From an uncultured Collinsella sp. (GTDB lineage Bacteria; Actinomycetota; Coriobacteriia; Coriobacteriales; Coriobacteriaceae), in NCBI GenBank assembly GCA_902479045.1, contig CABSNI010000004.1:7839-71838 (forward strand): a stretch of DNA of 64,000 bases. Direction: 5' to 3'. The first letter of the stretch is position 1. Each line of letters begins with the position of its first letter. Shown one piece after another: positions 43,772-54,047 of the stretch. The position numbers and the translations under genes are program-made. The notes beneath the pieces were generated by a model. That model searched no databases. It saw only the letters and a list, made by a program, of their open reading frames with translations, and was not told the origin of the DNA.

Positions 43772-44010
43772 AAGATTCCCCTAAGTCACCACTTTTGGGT
43801 CTCATTAGCACAAAATAGCCCCTGTGCCTGCGTAAACTTTCTCATCCTTTGTGTGGAATCGCAGGTCAGGGGCTTAACTTTGGGCGCAGTATATTGCACT
43901 TTTTGCGGGTATCGTCTAACCTATGGAACCGCGATTGGGCATTTTGTACGTTCTACGTGCTAAAATGCCAATTATTGAATCAGATATAACCCAACTATTT
44001 GGAGGTACGA

Positions 44011-44319
44011 ATGGCACTCCCTCAGCTTACCGATGAGCAGCGTAAGCAGGCTCTTGAGAAGGCTGCTGCCGCACGTCACGCCCGCGCTGAGCTTCGCGAG
44101 CAGATCAAGAAGGGCGAGAAGTCCCTTGAGTCCGTGCTCAACTCCGATGACCCCATCGCTTCCCGCATGAAGGTTTCCACCCTCATCGAGTCTCTCCCCG
44201 GTTATGGCAAGGCCAAGGCCGCCAAGATCATGGAGGAGCTCGGTATCTCCGCTACCCGTCGCGTCCAGGGCCTCGGTGTCCGTCAGCGCGAGCAGCTCCT
44301 CGAGCAGCTGACCAAATAA
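44011..44319 (+). CDS. mihF: Integration host factor, actinobacterial type
   Basis: MALPQLTDEQRKQALEKAAAAR, ESLPGYGKAKA, RRVQGLG. Confidence 0.93.
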   Translation: MALPQLTDEQRKQALEKAAAARHARAELREQIKKGEKSLESVLNSDDPIASRMKVSTLIESLPGYGKAKAAKIMEELGISATRRVQGLGVRQREQLLEQLTK

Positions 44320-44889
44320 GTGAGCGCTCAGGATTCCAAGCTCTTTGTGATTTCTGGACCGTCAGGCGCGGGCAAGGGCACGCTCGTCACTCGTGTGCGC
44401 GAGCGTCGCTCGAACCTGGGCCTGACGGTTTCGGCTACCACGCGAGCACCACGCAAAGGCGAGGTCGACGGCGTCAACTACTTTTTTCTGACGCGCGAGG
44501 AGTTCGACCGCCGCGTGGCAAACGGTGAGTTTGTTGAGTGGGCCGAGGTCCACGGTAACTGCTACGGCACGTTGGTGAGCGAGGTTCAGTCCAAGCTCGC
44601 CTCTGGTTCGTCTCTCATCTTGGAGATCGATGTCCAGGGCGCCCTGCAGGTGAAGGAGCGTTTCCCCGAGGCCGTGCTGATCTTTATCAAGCCACCTTCG
44701 CTCGAGGTGCTTCGCGAGCGTCTAGTCGGTCGCGGTACCGAGACGCCCGAGACGATTGAGCTGCGTATGGCAAACGCCGCCGATGAGCTTGCCCTTGCCG
44801 ACCGCTACGACGACGTAGTGGTTAATGACGATCTCGACCGCGCGACCGATCAGCTCGTTCGCGTTCTCGATATGCATGAAAGGATCTGA
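44320..44889 (+). CDS. gmk: Guanylate kinase
   Basis: GPSGAGKGT, SATTRAPRKGEVDGVNYFF. Confidence 0.97.
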   Translation: MSAQDSKLFVISGPSGAGKGTLVTRVRERRSNLGLTVSATTRAPRKGEVDGVNYFFLTREEFDRRVANGEFVEWAEVHGNCYGTLVSEVQSKLASGSSLILEIDVQGALQVKERFPEAVLIFIKPPSLEVLRERLVGRGTETPETIELRMANAADELALADRYDDVVVNDDLDRATDQLVRVLDMHERI

Positions 44890-44894
44890 GGTCC

Positions 44895-45176
44895 GTGTCC
44901 GTTGTAAAGCCTTGCATTGACGATCTTCTGGAGAAGACCGATCACAACCGCTTCCTGCTCGCTTCGCTTGCCTCCAAGCGCGCCTGCGACATCAATAGCA
45001 TGCTGCGTGGTCAGCACAACCATGTGCTTGCCGTCCAGGATGTCGATGACATCACCATCGGGCTTTCCGGTGCCGATACCATCTCGATGGCTATGGACGA
45101 GATTGTCGACGGCGACATCTCTTACGACGAGGCCCGTTACGAGAAGGCGCTCGGCCACAAGGTTGCTGAAGCCTAA
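44895..45176 (+). CDS. rpoZ: RNA polymerase omega subunit
   Basis: IDDLLEK, LASKRA, AMDEI; follows gmk. Confidence 0.85.
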   Translation: MSVVKPCIDDLLEKTDHNRFLLASLASKRACDINSMLRGQHNHVLAVQDVDDITIGLSGADTISMAMDEIVDGDISYDEARYEKALGHKVAEA

Positions 45177-46433
45177 ATGGCGGCTCGCGTCTGCCTGGTC
45201 CACTATCACGAGGTTGGACTGAAGGGTAAGAACCGCGCACATTTTGAGCATATCCTCATGGATAACATCAAGGCGGCCTTGGCCGCCTTTTCCGTGAATG
45301 CCGTGTCTCGAATTTCCGGTTATATCCTCGTGACCTTTAACGAGCATCAGGCCGACGAGGCGGCGCGTGTCATTCGCACCGTTCCCGGCGTTGCTCGTGT
45401 GTCTTTGGCGTATCACACCAACCGCGACCCGCAGGAGTACTGCGCCGCCGCCGTGAAGGCGCTGCGCGAGTTTGGTTCCTTCGATTCGTTTAAGGTGCAC
45501 GCCAAGCGCTCCAATACCGACTATGAGCTCACCTCGATTGACATCAATCGTCAGGTGGGCGAGGTGCTGTGTGAGGCCTTCCCCGATAAAAAGGTTCAAA
45601 TGCACGACCCCGATGCGATGGTGCACGTACTGGTGGTCCAGGGTAGCGTTTATGTGTACGCGCGCTCCGAGCGCGGCGTGGGCGGTCTGCCGGTGGGTTC
45701 TGCCGGCAAGGTCGTGACGCTGCTGTCGTCGGGTATCGATTCTCCGGTGGCGACCTGGATGCTCGCGCGTCGCGGCGCGGTGTGCGTGCCGGTACATTTC
45801 TCAGGTCGTCCGCAGACGCCCGACACGAGCGAGTATTTGGTGCAGGACATCATCCGTGCGCTTGAGCCGGGTGTCCAGATCGGCCGCCTGTACGTGGTGC
45901 CGTTTGGCGACTGCCAGCGTGAGATTTCGGTTACCTGTCCCAGCAATCTGCGCGTGATCATGTATCGCCGCATTATGTATTCGGTTGCCGAGCGCATTGC
46001 ACACATCGAGGGCGCCAAGGCCATCGTTACGGGCGAATCGCTTGGGCAGGTTGCCTCCCAAACGCTTGAGAACATCATGGCCGTCAACGAGGCCGTGAAG
46101 ATCCCCGTGTTCCGCCCTCTCATCGGTTCGGATAAGCAGGAGATCATCGCGCGCGCCGAGGAGATCGGTACGTTCGATATCTCGACTGAGGCCGCTCCCG
46201 ACTGCTGCACGCTATTTATGCCGCGCCGTCCCGAGACGCACGCTAAACTCGATGCCGTTCATGAGGCCTGGGAGTTGTTCGATCACGAGGAGATGATCGA
46301 GCGCCTGCTTAAGCAGACCGAGTACATCGACTTCGAGAGCAACACGTATAAGGCCCCCAAGACCTTAAAACGCAAACATTCGGAGCTTGCTCCGCGTGAG
46401 ATTTACCAAGATCACGAGTATATTTGTGCATAG
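45177..46433 (+). CDS. thiI: tRNA 4-thiouridine synthase ThiI
   Basis: EVGLKGKNR, THUMP domain, SSGIDSPVA, TGESLGQVASQT, DCC. Confidence 0.94.
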   Translation: MAARVCLVHYHEVGLKGKNRAHFEHILMDNIKAALAAFSVNAVSRISGYILVTFNEHQADEAARVIRTVPGVARVSLAYHTNRDPQEYCAAAVKALREFGSFDSFKVHAKRSNTDYELTSIDINRQVGEVLCEAFPDKKVQMHDPDAMVHVLVVQGSVYVYARSERGVGGLPVGSAGKVVTLLSSGIDSPVATWMLARRGAVCVPVHFSGRPQTPDTSEYLVQDIIRALEPGVQIGRLYVVPFGDCQREISVTCPSNLRVIMYRRIMYSVAERIAHIEGAKAIVTGESLGQVASQTLENIMAVNEAVKIPVFRPLIGSDKQEIIARAEEIGTFDISTEAAPDCCTLFMPRRPETHAKLDAVHEAWELFDHEEMIERLLKQTEYIDFESNTYKAPKTLKRKHSELAPREIYQDHEYICA

Positions 46434-46464
46434 ACCGGCGATGCGCCTGCATCGTCGGTCTTTT
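46432..46464 (+). terminator. Intrinsic terminator after thiI
   Basis: AGACCGGCGATGC-GCCT-GCATCGTCGGTCT followed by TTT. Confidence 0.7.
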
Positions 46465-46539
46465 GCTATCTGGGCATTTTTCGGCTAAGTGTTCATTTGC
46501 TGACGTGTGCCTGAATAAATGGACAGATTTGTGCAAGGT

Positions 46540-46559
46540 TTTGGTCGGTTTTTGGTTTG
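46540..46559 (+). promoter_or_regulatory. Candidate competence-regulon motif, copy 2 (upstream of comEA-comEC)
   Basis: TTTGGTCGGTTTTTGGTTTG; 18/20 identical to 17182-17201. Confidence 0.55.
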
Positions 46560-46634
46560 ACCGCTAAAACCGGTTTTGGGGCGTGGCTGTTGCGGGACTC
46601 CTTTCCTGACACGATGGTGTTGGGAGGTTTTCCT

Positions 46635-47348
46635 ATGGCGCAGCGCGAACAACACGAACGGGTCAAAAAGATGGACCGCTGGGCGGGCAAGCTGCTCGGT
46701 CATAAGGCTGTGGTGGTGGCGATGCTGGGCGTCGTTGCGATGGCGAGCGGCTTGGCGATGGCGAACCTTGGCGGCGGTGCCGGCGGTGCGTCGTTTGAGC
46801 GCACTGATGGTACGGGCTCGTTAGTGGGGCCGGGATCCGGCGATGCTTCGAGCGGAAAGGCATCCGAAGGCTCTTCGACTAAGGCTTCTGCCGCGGCAGA
46901 GGTCTATGTCGATGTCGATGGCGCCGTTGTGTCGCCCGGTGTATACAGACTCAAAGATGGGGCACGGGTATCCCAGGCGATCGATGCCGCCGGCGGGCTG
47001 GCGCCCGAGGCTGACGTTACGGGGCTTAATCGGGCATCTAAGGTCACTGATGGACAAAAAATCCATGTTCCAACGGTAGGGGAGCAGCAGGCGTCCATTG
47101 CGGAAGTCGGTGTTGATGGTGGGGCTTCCACATCATCGGGCGTGAGTGGCGCAACAGGCCTAGTAAACATCAATACGGCAAGCGCGGCAGAGCTGCAGAC
47201 GCTCTCGGGCATCGGTCCCTCCATGGCCCAGTCGATTATCGATGAACGGACAAAGAACGGTGCTTTTGCCTCGGTTGACGATCTGATGCGTGTGTCGGGA
47301 ATCGGCGAGAAGAAGCTTGCCAAAATCAAAGATTGCATCTGCGTATGA
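46635..47348 (+). CDS. comEA: Competence DNA receptor ComEA
   Basis: N-terminal TM, VDVDGAVVSPGVY, VNINTASAAELQTLSGIGP (HhH), VSGIGEK. Confidence 0.92.
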   Translation: MAQREQHERVKKMDRWAGKLLGHKAVVVAMLGVVAMASGLAMANLGGGAGGASFERTDGTGSLVGPGSGDASSGKASEGSSTKASAAAEVYVDVDGAVVSPGVYRLKDGARVSQAIDAAGGLAPEADVTGLNRASKVTDGQKIHVPTVGEQQASIAEVGVDGGASTSSGVSGATGLVNINTASAAELQTLSGIGPSMAQSIIDERTKNGAFASVDDLMRVSGIGEKKLAKIKDCICV

Positions 47349-49648
47349 GTGCGACCGAGCGCGAGCGTGTGATGCCTCCGCGGCCCCTGCTTCCGTGGAC
47401 GATGGCCTTGTGTGCCGGCATGTGTATGAGCTGCGCCTTGGTGCTCAACGTGGCCGCTGATGCGCTGCTGAGGGAGCGGGCGCCGGCGGTCGGGCTGCTA
47501 TGGGCCATTCCCGTTGCGGCGGCGGTATTCGTTGTGCTGGCTCAATCTTGTGCGCGGCTTGCCCCTTTGAAGCGGTGGTTGTATGCCGCGTCCGTCGGTC
47601 TCGTGGCGGGAGCGGTCGTCTCGGCGTGGTGGGCTGTGGGTGCGCTCAGCGCCTCGAAGGCGCTCGACGGTCGAGCGGCAAGCGGCCTCGAGTTTATCGT
47701 GCAGGGCGATCCATCCATAAACGACGACGTGTATTCCTATACCTGCGAGGCACGCGCGGACGGTAAGAACTTGGCAACGGTTCGTCTATCGTTTGACCGC
47801 GAGCTCAAGGTCGGGGCGCACGTGCGTGTTATCGGTCGCGTTTCACGTTTTGAGAACGATGCGTATGGACGATCGCGCGTGCTCCGAGGCGAGATGCGCA
47901 AGGTTAAAGTCGTTCGGATTGTGTCGGCCGATGAGGGCTCTCCGGGACCGCTGCTTCGGCTGCGAAATGGGCTGCTTGCGTCCATCGCGCCTGCGACCGA
48001 CCCGGTGCGTGCACTCATAGCCGGTGTCGTCTGCGGTCGTTCGGCCGAGCTACGCGCCCAGCCGGCGGGCGACTGGTTTTCGGTAACGGGAACGGCGCAT
48101 CTTATCGCCGTCTCGGGCAGCCATTTGGCTATCGTGGGGTTTGTAATCGAGGGTGTATTGCAAAAGACTCGGTGCTCACGTGGTCTTCAGCGGGCGATAT
48201 TGGCGGCAACGCTTGTGGGCTACGCTGCCTTTACGGGCGCGTCTCCCTCGGCCGTGCGCGCGTGCTGCATGGCGTTCGCGACGCTTGTCGTAAACGGCGC
48301 GGGGCGTCGCCGGCACGGTGCATCGGCACTCTTCGTAACCATGTCCATCTTTGTGCTACTGCGGCCGACGGTGCTGTTCGAGATGGGCTTTCAGCTTTCA
48401 TGCGCCAGCGTTTTAGCCATTCTGTACTTTTGCCCCTATGCGACCTACGCTTTGGGTGAGCTGGGTGTGCCATCGGGCGTCGCCAGCATGCTTTCCGCCA
48501 CGCTGTGCTCGCAATTGGCGACTCTTCCCATTACCATTCCCGCCTTCGGTACGTTCTCGCTCATTGCTCCGCTGGCAAATGCGGTCATCGGTCCGGTGGT
48601 GAGCGTACAGCTTGCTGTGTCGATCGTGCTTGTTCCCTTTTCGCTCGTGGCGCCGTTACGGACTTGGGCGCTCGTTGTGCCCATGATTGCCGCCCGTTGC
48701 GCGCTGTTCTTCGAGCAGCTGTTTGCCGCCGTGCCGGGTGCATCCGTGAGCGTGCCGCCCGATAGCATGTGGATTTACCTAGTGCCGTGTGTGCTGGCGG
48801 TTCTGCTGGTCTGGTGGCCGCGTCCCCGCGCACGTCCTATGGCGGTGGGGCTTGCATGCCTGGTGCTCTTGGCTGCGATTCCGTACGTCTACTGGGATCG
48901 ATTCGCGCCGCCTTCGGTGACGGTGCTCGATGTGGGCCAGGCGGATGCGATTCTTATCCGCCAGGGCGACGCAGTAGCACTCGTCGACTGCGGGCTCGAC
49001 GAGCGCGTGGTAGCGGCGTTGGTTCGCAATAACGTGCACCATATCGATGCCGTCTTTGTGACGCATTGGGATGAGGACCACTGGGGTGGTCTGCCTGCCG
49101 TGCTCGAACAGTTTTCGGTCGGAACGATTGCCGTGGCGGCTGATGCGCTGGAGGATGCTCCTGTTGAGGTATTGAACCGACCTGGCGTGGAGTATCGGCA
49201 GGTGCGCCGTGGGGATACGGTCGACATCGGCTCATTTTGCGCCCGCGTGATGTGGCCGTTCGAGTCCGTAGATGGCGAGGGAAATGAGGACTCGCTTGTC
49301 CTGCTACTCTCTTATGTTCAGGAAGGCAAGAGCCTGCGTATGCTCCTCACTGGTGATGCCGAGCTCGACCAAGAACGGGAATTCGTGCAGGAGGTGGGGG
49401 ATATCGATGTCCTTAAACTTGGGCATCACGGCTCTAAGGTTTCAGTCGATGGTGAGTTGCTGGACGTCTTGAAGCCCGAGCTTTCCCTCGCGAGCGCGGG
49501 CGAGGGGAATCGATACGGCCATCCGTCCGATGCCTGCATCGATGCCGTTAAGGATGCGGGCGGCGTGTTCGCGTGCACTATCGAACACGGCGACATTACC
49601 GTCATGCCGACTGCGAATGGCTTTGCGATGCGATGCCAGCGACCGTGA
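47345..49648 (+). CDS. comEC: DNA uptake channel ComEC/Rec2
   Basis: AHLIAVSGSHL, GFQLS, LDVGQADA, THWDEDHWGG, GHHGS, YGHP. Confidence 0.93.
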   Translation: MSATERERVMPPRPLLPWTMALCAGMCMSCALVLNVAADALLRERAPAVGLLWAIPVAAAVFVVLAQSCARLAPLKRWLYAASVGLVAGAVVSAWWAVGALSASKALDGRAASGLEFIVQGDPSINDDVYSYTCEARADGKNLATVRLSFDRELKVGAHVRVIGRVSRFENDAYGRSRVLRGEMRKVKVVRIVSADEGSPGPLLRLRNGLLASIAPATDPVRALIAGVVCGRSAELRAQPAGDWFSVTGTAHLIAVSGSHLAIVGFVIEGVLQKTRCSRGLQRAILAATLVGYAAFTGASPSAVRACCMAFATLVVNGAGRRRHGASALFVTMSIFVLLRPTVLFEMGFQLSCASVLAILYFCPYATYALGELGVPSGVASMLSATLCSQLATLPITIPAFGTFSLIAPLANAVIGPVVSVQLAVSIVLVPFSLVAPLRTWALVVPMIAARCALFFEQLFAAVPGASVSVPPDSMWIYLVPCVLAVLLVWWPRPRARPMAVGLACLVLLAAIPYVYWDRFAPPSVTVLDVGQADAILIRQGDAVALVDCGLDERVVAALVRNNVHHIDAVFVTHWDEDHWGGLPAVLEQFSVGTIAVAADALEDAPVEVLNRPGVEYRQVRRGDTVDIGSFCARVMWPFESVDGEGNEDSLVLLLSYVQEGKSLRMLLTGDAELDQEREFVQEVGDIDVLKLGHHGSKVSVDGELLDVLKPELSLASAGEGNRYGHPSDACIDAVKDAGGVFACTIEHGDITVMPTANGFAMRCQRP

Positions 49649-49726
49649 GGACGTCGTTGGCGTGTGGTGGGCCCCTGGGCTAGAATGGCACGGAACGAAT
49701 ACGAAGGTCTGCGGGAGGGGAGCGCG

Positions 49727-50689
49727 ATGTCCGAAACCGGTCTGTTGCCGGCATATCTGATCGTCGGTACCGACGGAGTCAAACGCGACCATGCTGTCTC
49801 ACGTATGAAGGCGCGTCTGGAAAAGACGGGCATGGTCGAATTCAACCTCGACGAGCGCGATATGACCAAAGACCCCGATATCGAGTCGATTATCGGATCG
49901 CTCAACACCTTTCCCATGGGCAGCGAGTTTCGCCTGGTAATCCTTGACGGCTGCTCAAAGCTCGCCAAGGCGGTCTCGGAGCCGCTCGTTGAGTATCTGG
50001 CGAGTCCCAGCCCCACAACGGTCTGCCTCATCATCGCCGACTCGCTTGCCAAGAACACGCGCCTGTATAAGGCGATCGCCAAAATCGACAAGAAGGCCGT
50101 GATCGATTGCTCCGGCACCAAGCGCTGGGAGCTGCCGCGTCGCGTGCAGCAGATGGCGACGCAGCACGGCAAGTCGATCTCGACGGCGGCCGCCGAGGAG
50201 CTCGTCTCGCGTTCGGGCGAGAACACTCGCATGCTCGATAACGACTTGGTTAAGCTTGCCCAGATGGTCGAGGCGCCCCAAATTGAGCTTGTCGATGTGG
50301 AGCGCTGGATTGTACGTACGGCCGAGGTCCAGCCCTGGGACTTTCTCAATGCGGTCTCGGCCCGTGACATGCGACGCTCGCTCGAGCTTTTCAATCTATT
50401 GCCCGCCAAGAGCTACGTGTGGACTTACACGTTGCTGTGCGGCCGCATCCGCGAGCTTATCGTCGCCAAGGCGCTCGATGCGCGCGGACAGGGTCGTGAG
50501 CTGGCCGCAACGCTCAAGCTCCAGTCCTGGCAGGTCAAGAATCACCTGACCTGGGCACGTCGCTTTTCGATGGCAGAGCTCGTCGCAGCGCTCGAGGGGG
50601 CGGTCGATGTGGAGCTCGCGCTCAAGGGTTCGGCCGATTCTCGGACTGCGCTTTTGCTCTGGATTACGAACATCTTGAGAAAATCGTGA
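49727..50689 (+). CDS. holA: DNA polymerase III delta subunit
   Basis: YLIVGTD, FNL, TFPMGSEFRLVI, LVKL; canonical comEC-holA-rpsT synteny. Confidence 0.88.
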   Translation: MSETGLLPAYLIVGTDGVKRDHAVSRMKARLEKTGMVEFNLDERDMTKDPDIESIIGSLNTFPMGSEFRLVILDGCSKLAKAVSEPLVEYLASPSPTTVCLIIADSLAKNTRLYKAIAKIDKKAVIDCSGTKRWELPRRVQQMATQHGKSISTAAAEELVSRSGENTRMLDNDLVKLAQMVEAPQIELVDVERWIVRTAEVQPWDFLNAVSARDMRRSLELFNLLPAKSYVWTYTLLCGRIRELIVAKALDARGQGRELAATLKLQSWQVKNHLTWARRFSMAELVAALEGAVDVELALKGSADSRTALLLWITNILRKS

Positions 50690-50822
50690 TGATACCTGCC
50701 TATTTGACAAATTCGTTCTATCCCTTTGAGGGGGAGCGTGCTATAGTAGGCGCTTGCATGACCTCACCGTGTCTCAGAGGTGTCATACATTTTTTGCAAG
50801 GAACTCGAAAGGAACTCCAGAA

Positions 50823-51089
50823 GTGGCAAACATCAAGTCTCAGAAGAAGCGTATCCGCACCAATGAGGCAGCTCGCATGCGTAACAAGGCTGTCAAGTCC
50901 GAGCTCAAGACGCTGACCAAGCACGTCCAGTCCGCCGTCGCCGAGGGCGACGCCGAGAAGGCCCAGGCTGCCCTCAAGACCGTCACCAAGCGTCTCGACA
51001 TGGCTGCCGCCAAGCATGTTATCCACAAGAACCAGGCTTCCAACCGCAAGTCCGGTCTTGCCAAGCTCGTGAACAGCATCAACGCCTAA
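50823..51089 (+). CDS. rpsT: 30S ribosomal protein S20
   Basis: (M)[20 protein letters not shown]. Confidence 0.97.
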   Translation: MANIKSQKKRIRTNEAARMRNKAVKSELKTLTKHVQSAVAEGDAEKAQAALKTVTKRLDMAAAKHVIHKNQASNRKSGLAKLVNSINA

Positions 51090-51123
51090 GTTGTAAATTT
51101 CACACCACACAGATTACGCGCAT

Positions 51124-51160
51124 AAATGGAGCCTGTTTTATGGAACAGGCTCCATTTTTT
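51124..51160 (+). terminator. Intrinsic terminator after rpsT
   Basis: AAATGGAGCCTGTT-TTATGG-AACAGGCTCCATTT followed by TTT. Confidence 0.85.
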
Positions 51161-51185
51161 GTACCGCTCGGGTAAGATAGTCCGC

Positions 51186-52997
51186 ATGAATACTTCAATT
51201 GACATTTCCCACATCCGCAACTTCTCGATTGTTGCGCACATCGACCATGGCAAGTCCACGATCAGTGACCGCATTCTCGAGCTCACCCATACCGTCGATG
51301 AGCGCGACATGGAGTCGCAGCTGCTCGACACCATGGATATCGAGCGCGAGCGCGGCATCACGATCAAGTCCAATGCCGTTCGCGTGTCCTATGACGCCGA
51401 CGATGGCGAGACGTATCAGTTCAATCTGATCGATACGCCGGGCCACGTGGACTTTACCTATGAGGTTTCGCGCTCGCTGGCAGCCTGTGAGGGCGCGGTG
51501 CTCGTTGTCGACGCCACGCAGGGCGTTGAGGCGCAGACCGTCTCTAACGCGACGCTCGCCATGAACGCCAATCTGGACATTGTGCCGGCCATCAACAAGA
51601 TCGACCTGCCCTCGGCTCATCCCGACGAGGTTAAGACCGAGATCGAGGATGACCTGGCGATCCCTGCCGATGATGCCGTGTGTGTCTCGGGCAAGACCGG
51701 CGAGGGCATCCACGATCTGCTGGAGTCCATTGTCTTTTTGATCTCTCCGCCCAAGGGCGATGCGAACGCGCCGCTCAAGGCACTCATTCTGGATTCATAC
51801 TTCGACGAGTATCGTGGCGTCGTCGCCACGGTCCGCGTCTTTGACGGTTCCATCAAAAAGGGCGATACCCTGCGCATGATGCAGGCAAAGGGCGACTTTT
51901 TGGTCGATGGCGTGGGCGTCAAGCGTCCCGCCGAGACCCCGGTCGACGCGCTCACGGTCGGCGAGGTCGGATACGTGGTCACGGGCCTGAAGGACCCCGA
52001 GGCCGTTCGCGTGGGCGATACCCTCACGTGGGCGTCGAATCCCTGCCCTGAGCCGCTTCCCGGCTACCGCGAGGCCAAGCCCATGGTTTATACGGGCCTG
52101 TTCCCGATCGATAACAAGGACTACGAGAACCTGCGTGACGCGCTCGATAAGCTGCACGTCAACGACCCGTCGTTGGTGTGGGAGCCCGAGACCTCGGTGG
52201 CGCTCGGCTTTGGTTTCCGCGTGGGCTTCTTGGGCCTGCTGCATATGGAGGTCGTCAAGGAGCGCCTGGAGCGCGAGTTCAATCTTGACCTCATTGCTAC
52301 GAGCCCCTCGGTGGACTATCACGTCTACAAGACTGACGGCGAGATGATTGATGTCCGCAGCCCGCAGGATCTGCCCGAGGCTACGCGCATCGAGCGCATC
52401 GAGGAGCCCTACCTCAAGGCCAAGATTATCTGCCCGCCCGAGTATACGGGTGCCGTCATGCAGCTCGCTATCGAGCACCGCGGCATTACTACCGACATGA
52501 TTCATCTCACGAGCAAGTCGGTCGAGATGCGCTTTGATATGCCGCTCGCCGAGCTCATCTTGGACTTCTTTGACCAGCTCAAGAGCCGTACCAAGGGCTA
52601 TGCCTCGCTCGACTACGAGTTCAACGAGTACCGTCCATCCGAGCTCGTTAAGCTCGATATCTTGCTTTCGGGCGACGAGGTGGACGCGCTATCGTTTATC
52701 GTCCATAAGGACAAGGCCTATGGCCTGGCCCGTGGTCTGTGCGACAAACTTAAGGAGATCATCCCGCGTCAGCTGTTCGAGGTTCCCATCCAAGGTGCTA
52801 TCGGCAACAAGATCATCGCCCGTTCTACCGTCAAGGCGCGTCGCAAGGACGTGCTTGCTAAGTGCTACGGCGGCGATATTTCGCGTAAGCGTAAGCTGCT
52901 CGAGAAGCAGAAAGAGGGCAAGAAACGCATGAAGGCCATCGGCTCGGTCGAGGTCCCTCAGGAGGCCTTTATGGCGATCCTCAAGGTGGACGAGTAG
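51186..52997 (+). CDS. lepA: Elongation factor 4 / LepA
   Basis: [41 protein letters not shown]. Confidence 0.98.
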   Translation: MNTSIDISHIRNFSIVAHIDHGKSTISDRILELTHTVDERDMESQLLDTMDIERERGITIKSNAVRVSYDADDGETYQFNLIDTPGHVDFTYEVSRSLAACEGAVLVVDATQGVEAQTVSNATLAMNANLDIVPAINKIDLPSAHPDEVKTEIEDDLAIPADDAVCVSGKTGEGIHDLLESIVFLISPPKGDANAPLKALILDSYFDEYRGVVATVRVFDGSIKKGDTLRMMQAKGDFLVDGVGVKRPAETPVDALTVGEVGYVVTGLKDPEAVRVGDTLTWASNPCPEPLPGYREAKPMVYTGLFPIDNKDYENLRDALDKLHVNDPSLVWEPETSVALGFGFRVGFLGLLHMEVVKERLEREFNLDLIATSPSVDYHVYKTDGEMIDVRSPQDLPEATRIERIEEPYLKAKIICPPEYTGAVMQLAIEHRGITTDMIHLTSKSVEMRFDMPLAELILDFFDQLKSRTKGYASLDYEFNEYRPSELVKLDILLSGDEVDALSFIVHKDKAYGLARGLCDKLKEIIPRQLFEVPIQGAIGNKIIARSTVKARRKDVLAKCYGGDISRKRKLLEKQKEGKKRMKAIGSVEVPQEAFMAILKVDE

Positions 52998-53001
52998 GTC
53001 T

Positions 53002-54045
53002 ATGGCGCTTTCCGAATATAGTCTGCGGCTGCTGGGCGCCTATGCCGAGCAGCCGTTCCTTATGGCTCCCATGGCGGGCGTGACCGACCCTGCCTACCGC
53101 ATCATGTGCCGCCGCCGCGGTGCCAACCTTGCCTACAGCGAGATGGTGAGCGTGGCGGGCCTTGCCTATGCCAGCAACAAGACCTGGCGCCTGGTGCTAC
53201 CGGCCGACGAGGAGCAGCAGATTTGCGTGCAGCTCTTTGGCTCCAAGCCCGATCAGTTTGCGAGCGCCGTCGCCGCCGTCGAGGAGCGTGTGGGCGATCG
53301 CCTGTCGCTCATCGATATCAACATGGCCTGTCCTGCCCGCAAGGTTGTCACCAAGGGCGAGGGCTCAGCCCTTATGCGCACGCCCGATTTGGCCGAGAAG
53401 ATCGTCGAGGCGGCGGTGGGCGCGGCGCATGTGCCCGTGACCGTAAAGATCCGCAAGGGCTTTTATGCCGAGGACCGTAATGCCGCGACGTTTGCCCAGA
53501 TGCTCGAAGGCGCCGGTGCCGCCGCAGTCGCCGTGCATGGTCGTTGCGCCACGCAGCTCTACACGGGCCAGGCCGATTGGTCGGTCGTCGATGAGGTGGC
53601 CGACGCCGTCGAGATTCCCGTTATCGGTTCGGGCGATGTGTTCTCGGCCGAGGACGCTGCTGAGCATCTGCAAGGCTCGAGTGCCAGCGCGGTGTTTATC
53701 GCACGCGGTATCTATGGCAACCCCTGGGTGTTCGGCGATGCTCGCGCCCTTGCACTCGATGGCACGCCGGTGCCGGCGCGCAGCTCCGTCGAGCGCCTAG
53801 ACGCCCTGCGTGAGCACCTAACGCTGACGCATGAGCTCCTGCCGCTCATGTCGCGTGCCCGCACGTACGCAAGCTGGTACTTAAAAGGCATGCCCCATGC
53901 TGCCGCTTGGCGTGCCCGTGTGGTGCGCTGTTCCACATACGAGGAGTTTATGGCGCTGGTCGATGAGATCGAGCGCGATGTGGTGGCCTGCGAGGCCGCA
54001 CTTGCAGCCGGCGAATCGGTGCCCCCTCATCCGCTGGAGGCTTAA
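53002..54045 (+). CDS. dusB: tRNA dihydrouridine synthase (DusB type)
   Basis: APMAGVTD, DINMACP, PVTVKIRKG, VHGR, GNPW. Confidence 0.9.
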   Translation: MALSEYSLRLLGAYAEQPFLMAPMAGVTDPAYRIMCRRRGANLAYSEMVSVAGLAYASNKTWRLVLPADEEQQICVQLFGSKPDQFASAVAAVEERVGDRLSLIDINMACPARKVVTKGEGSALMRTPDLAEKIVEAAVGAAHVPVTVKIRKGFYAEDRNAATFAQMLEGAGAAAVAVHGRCATQLYTGQADWSVVDEVADAVEIPVIGSGDVFSAEDAAEHLQGSSASAVFIARGIYGNPWVFGDARALALDGTPVPARSSVERLDALREHLTLTHELLPLMSRARTYASWYLKGMPHAAAWRARVVRCSTYEEFMALVDEIERDVVACEAALAAGESVPPHPLEA

Positions 54046-54047
54046 GG

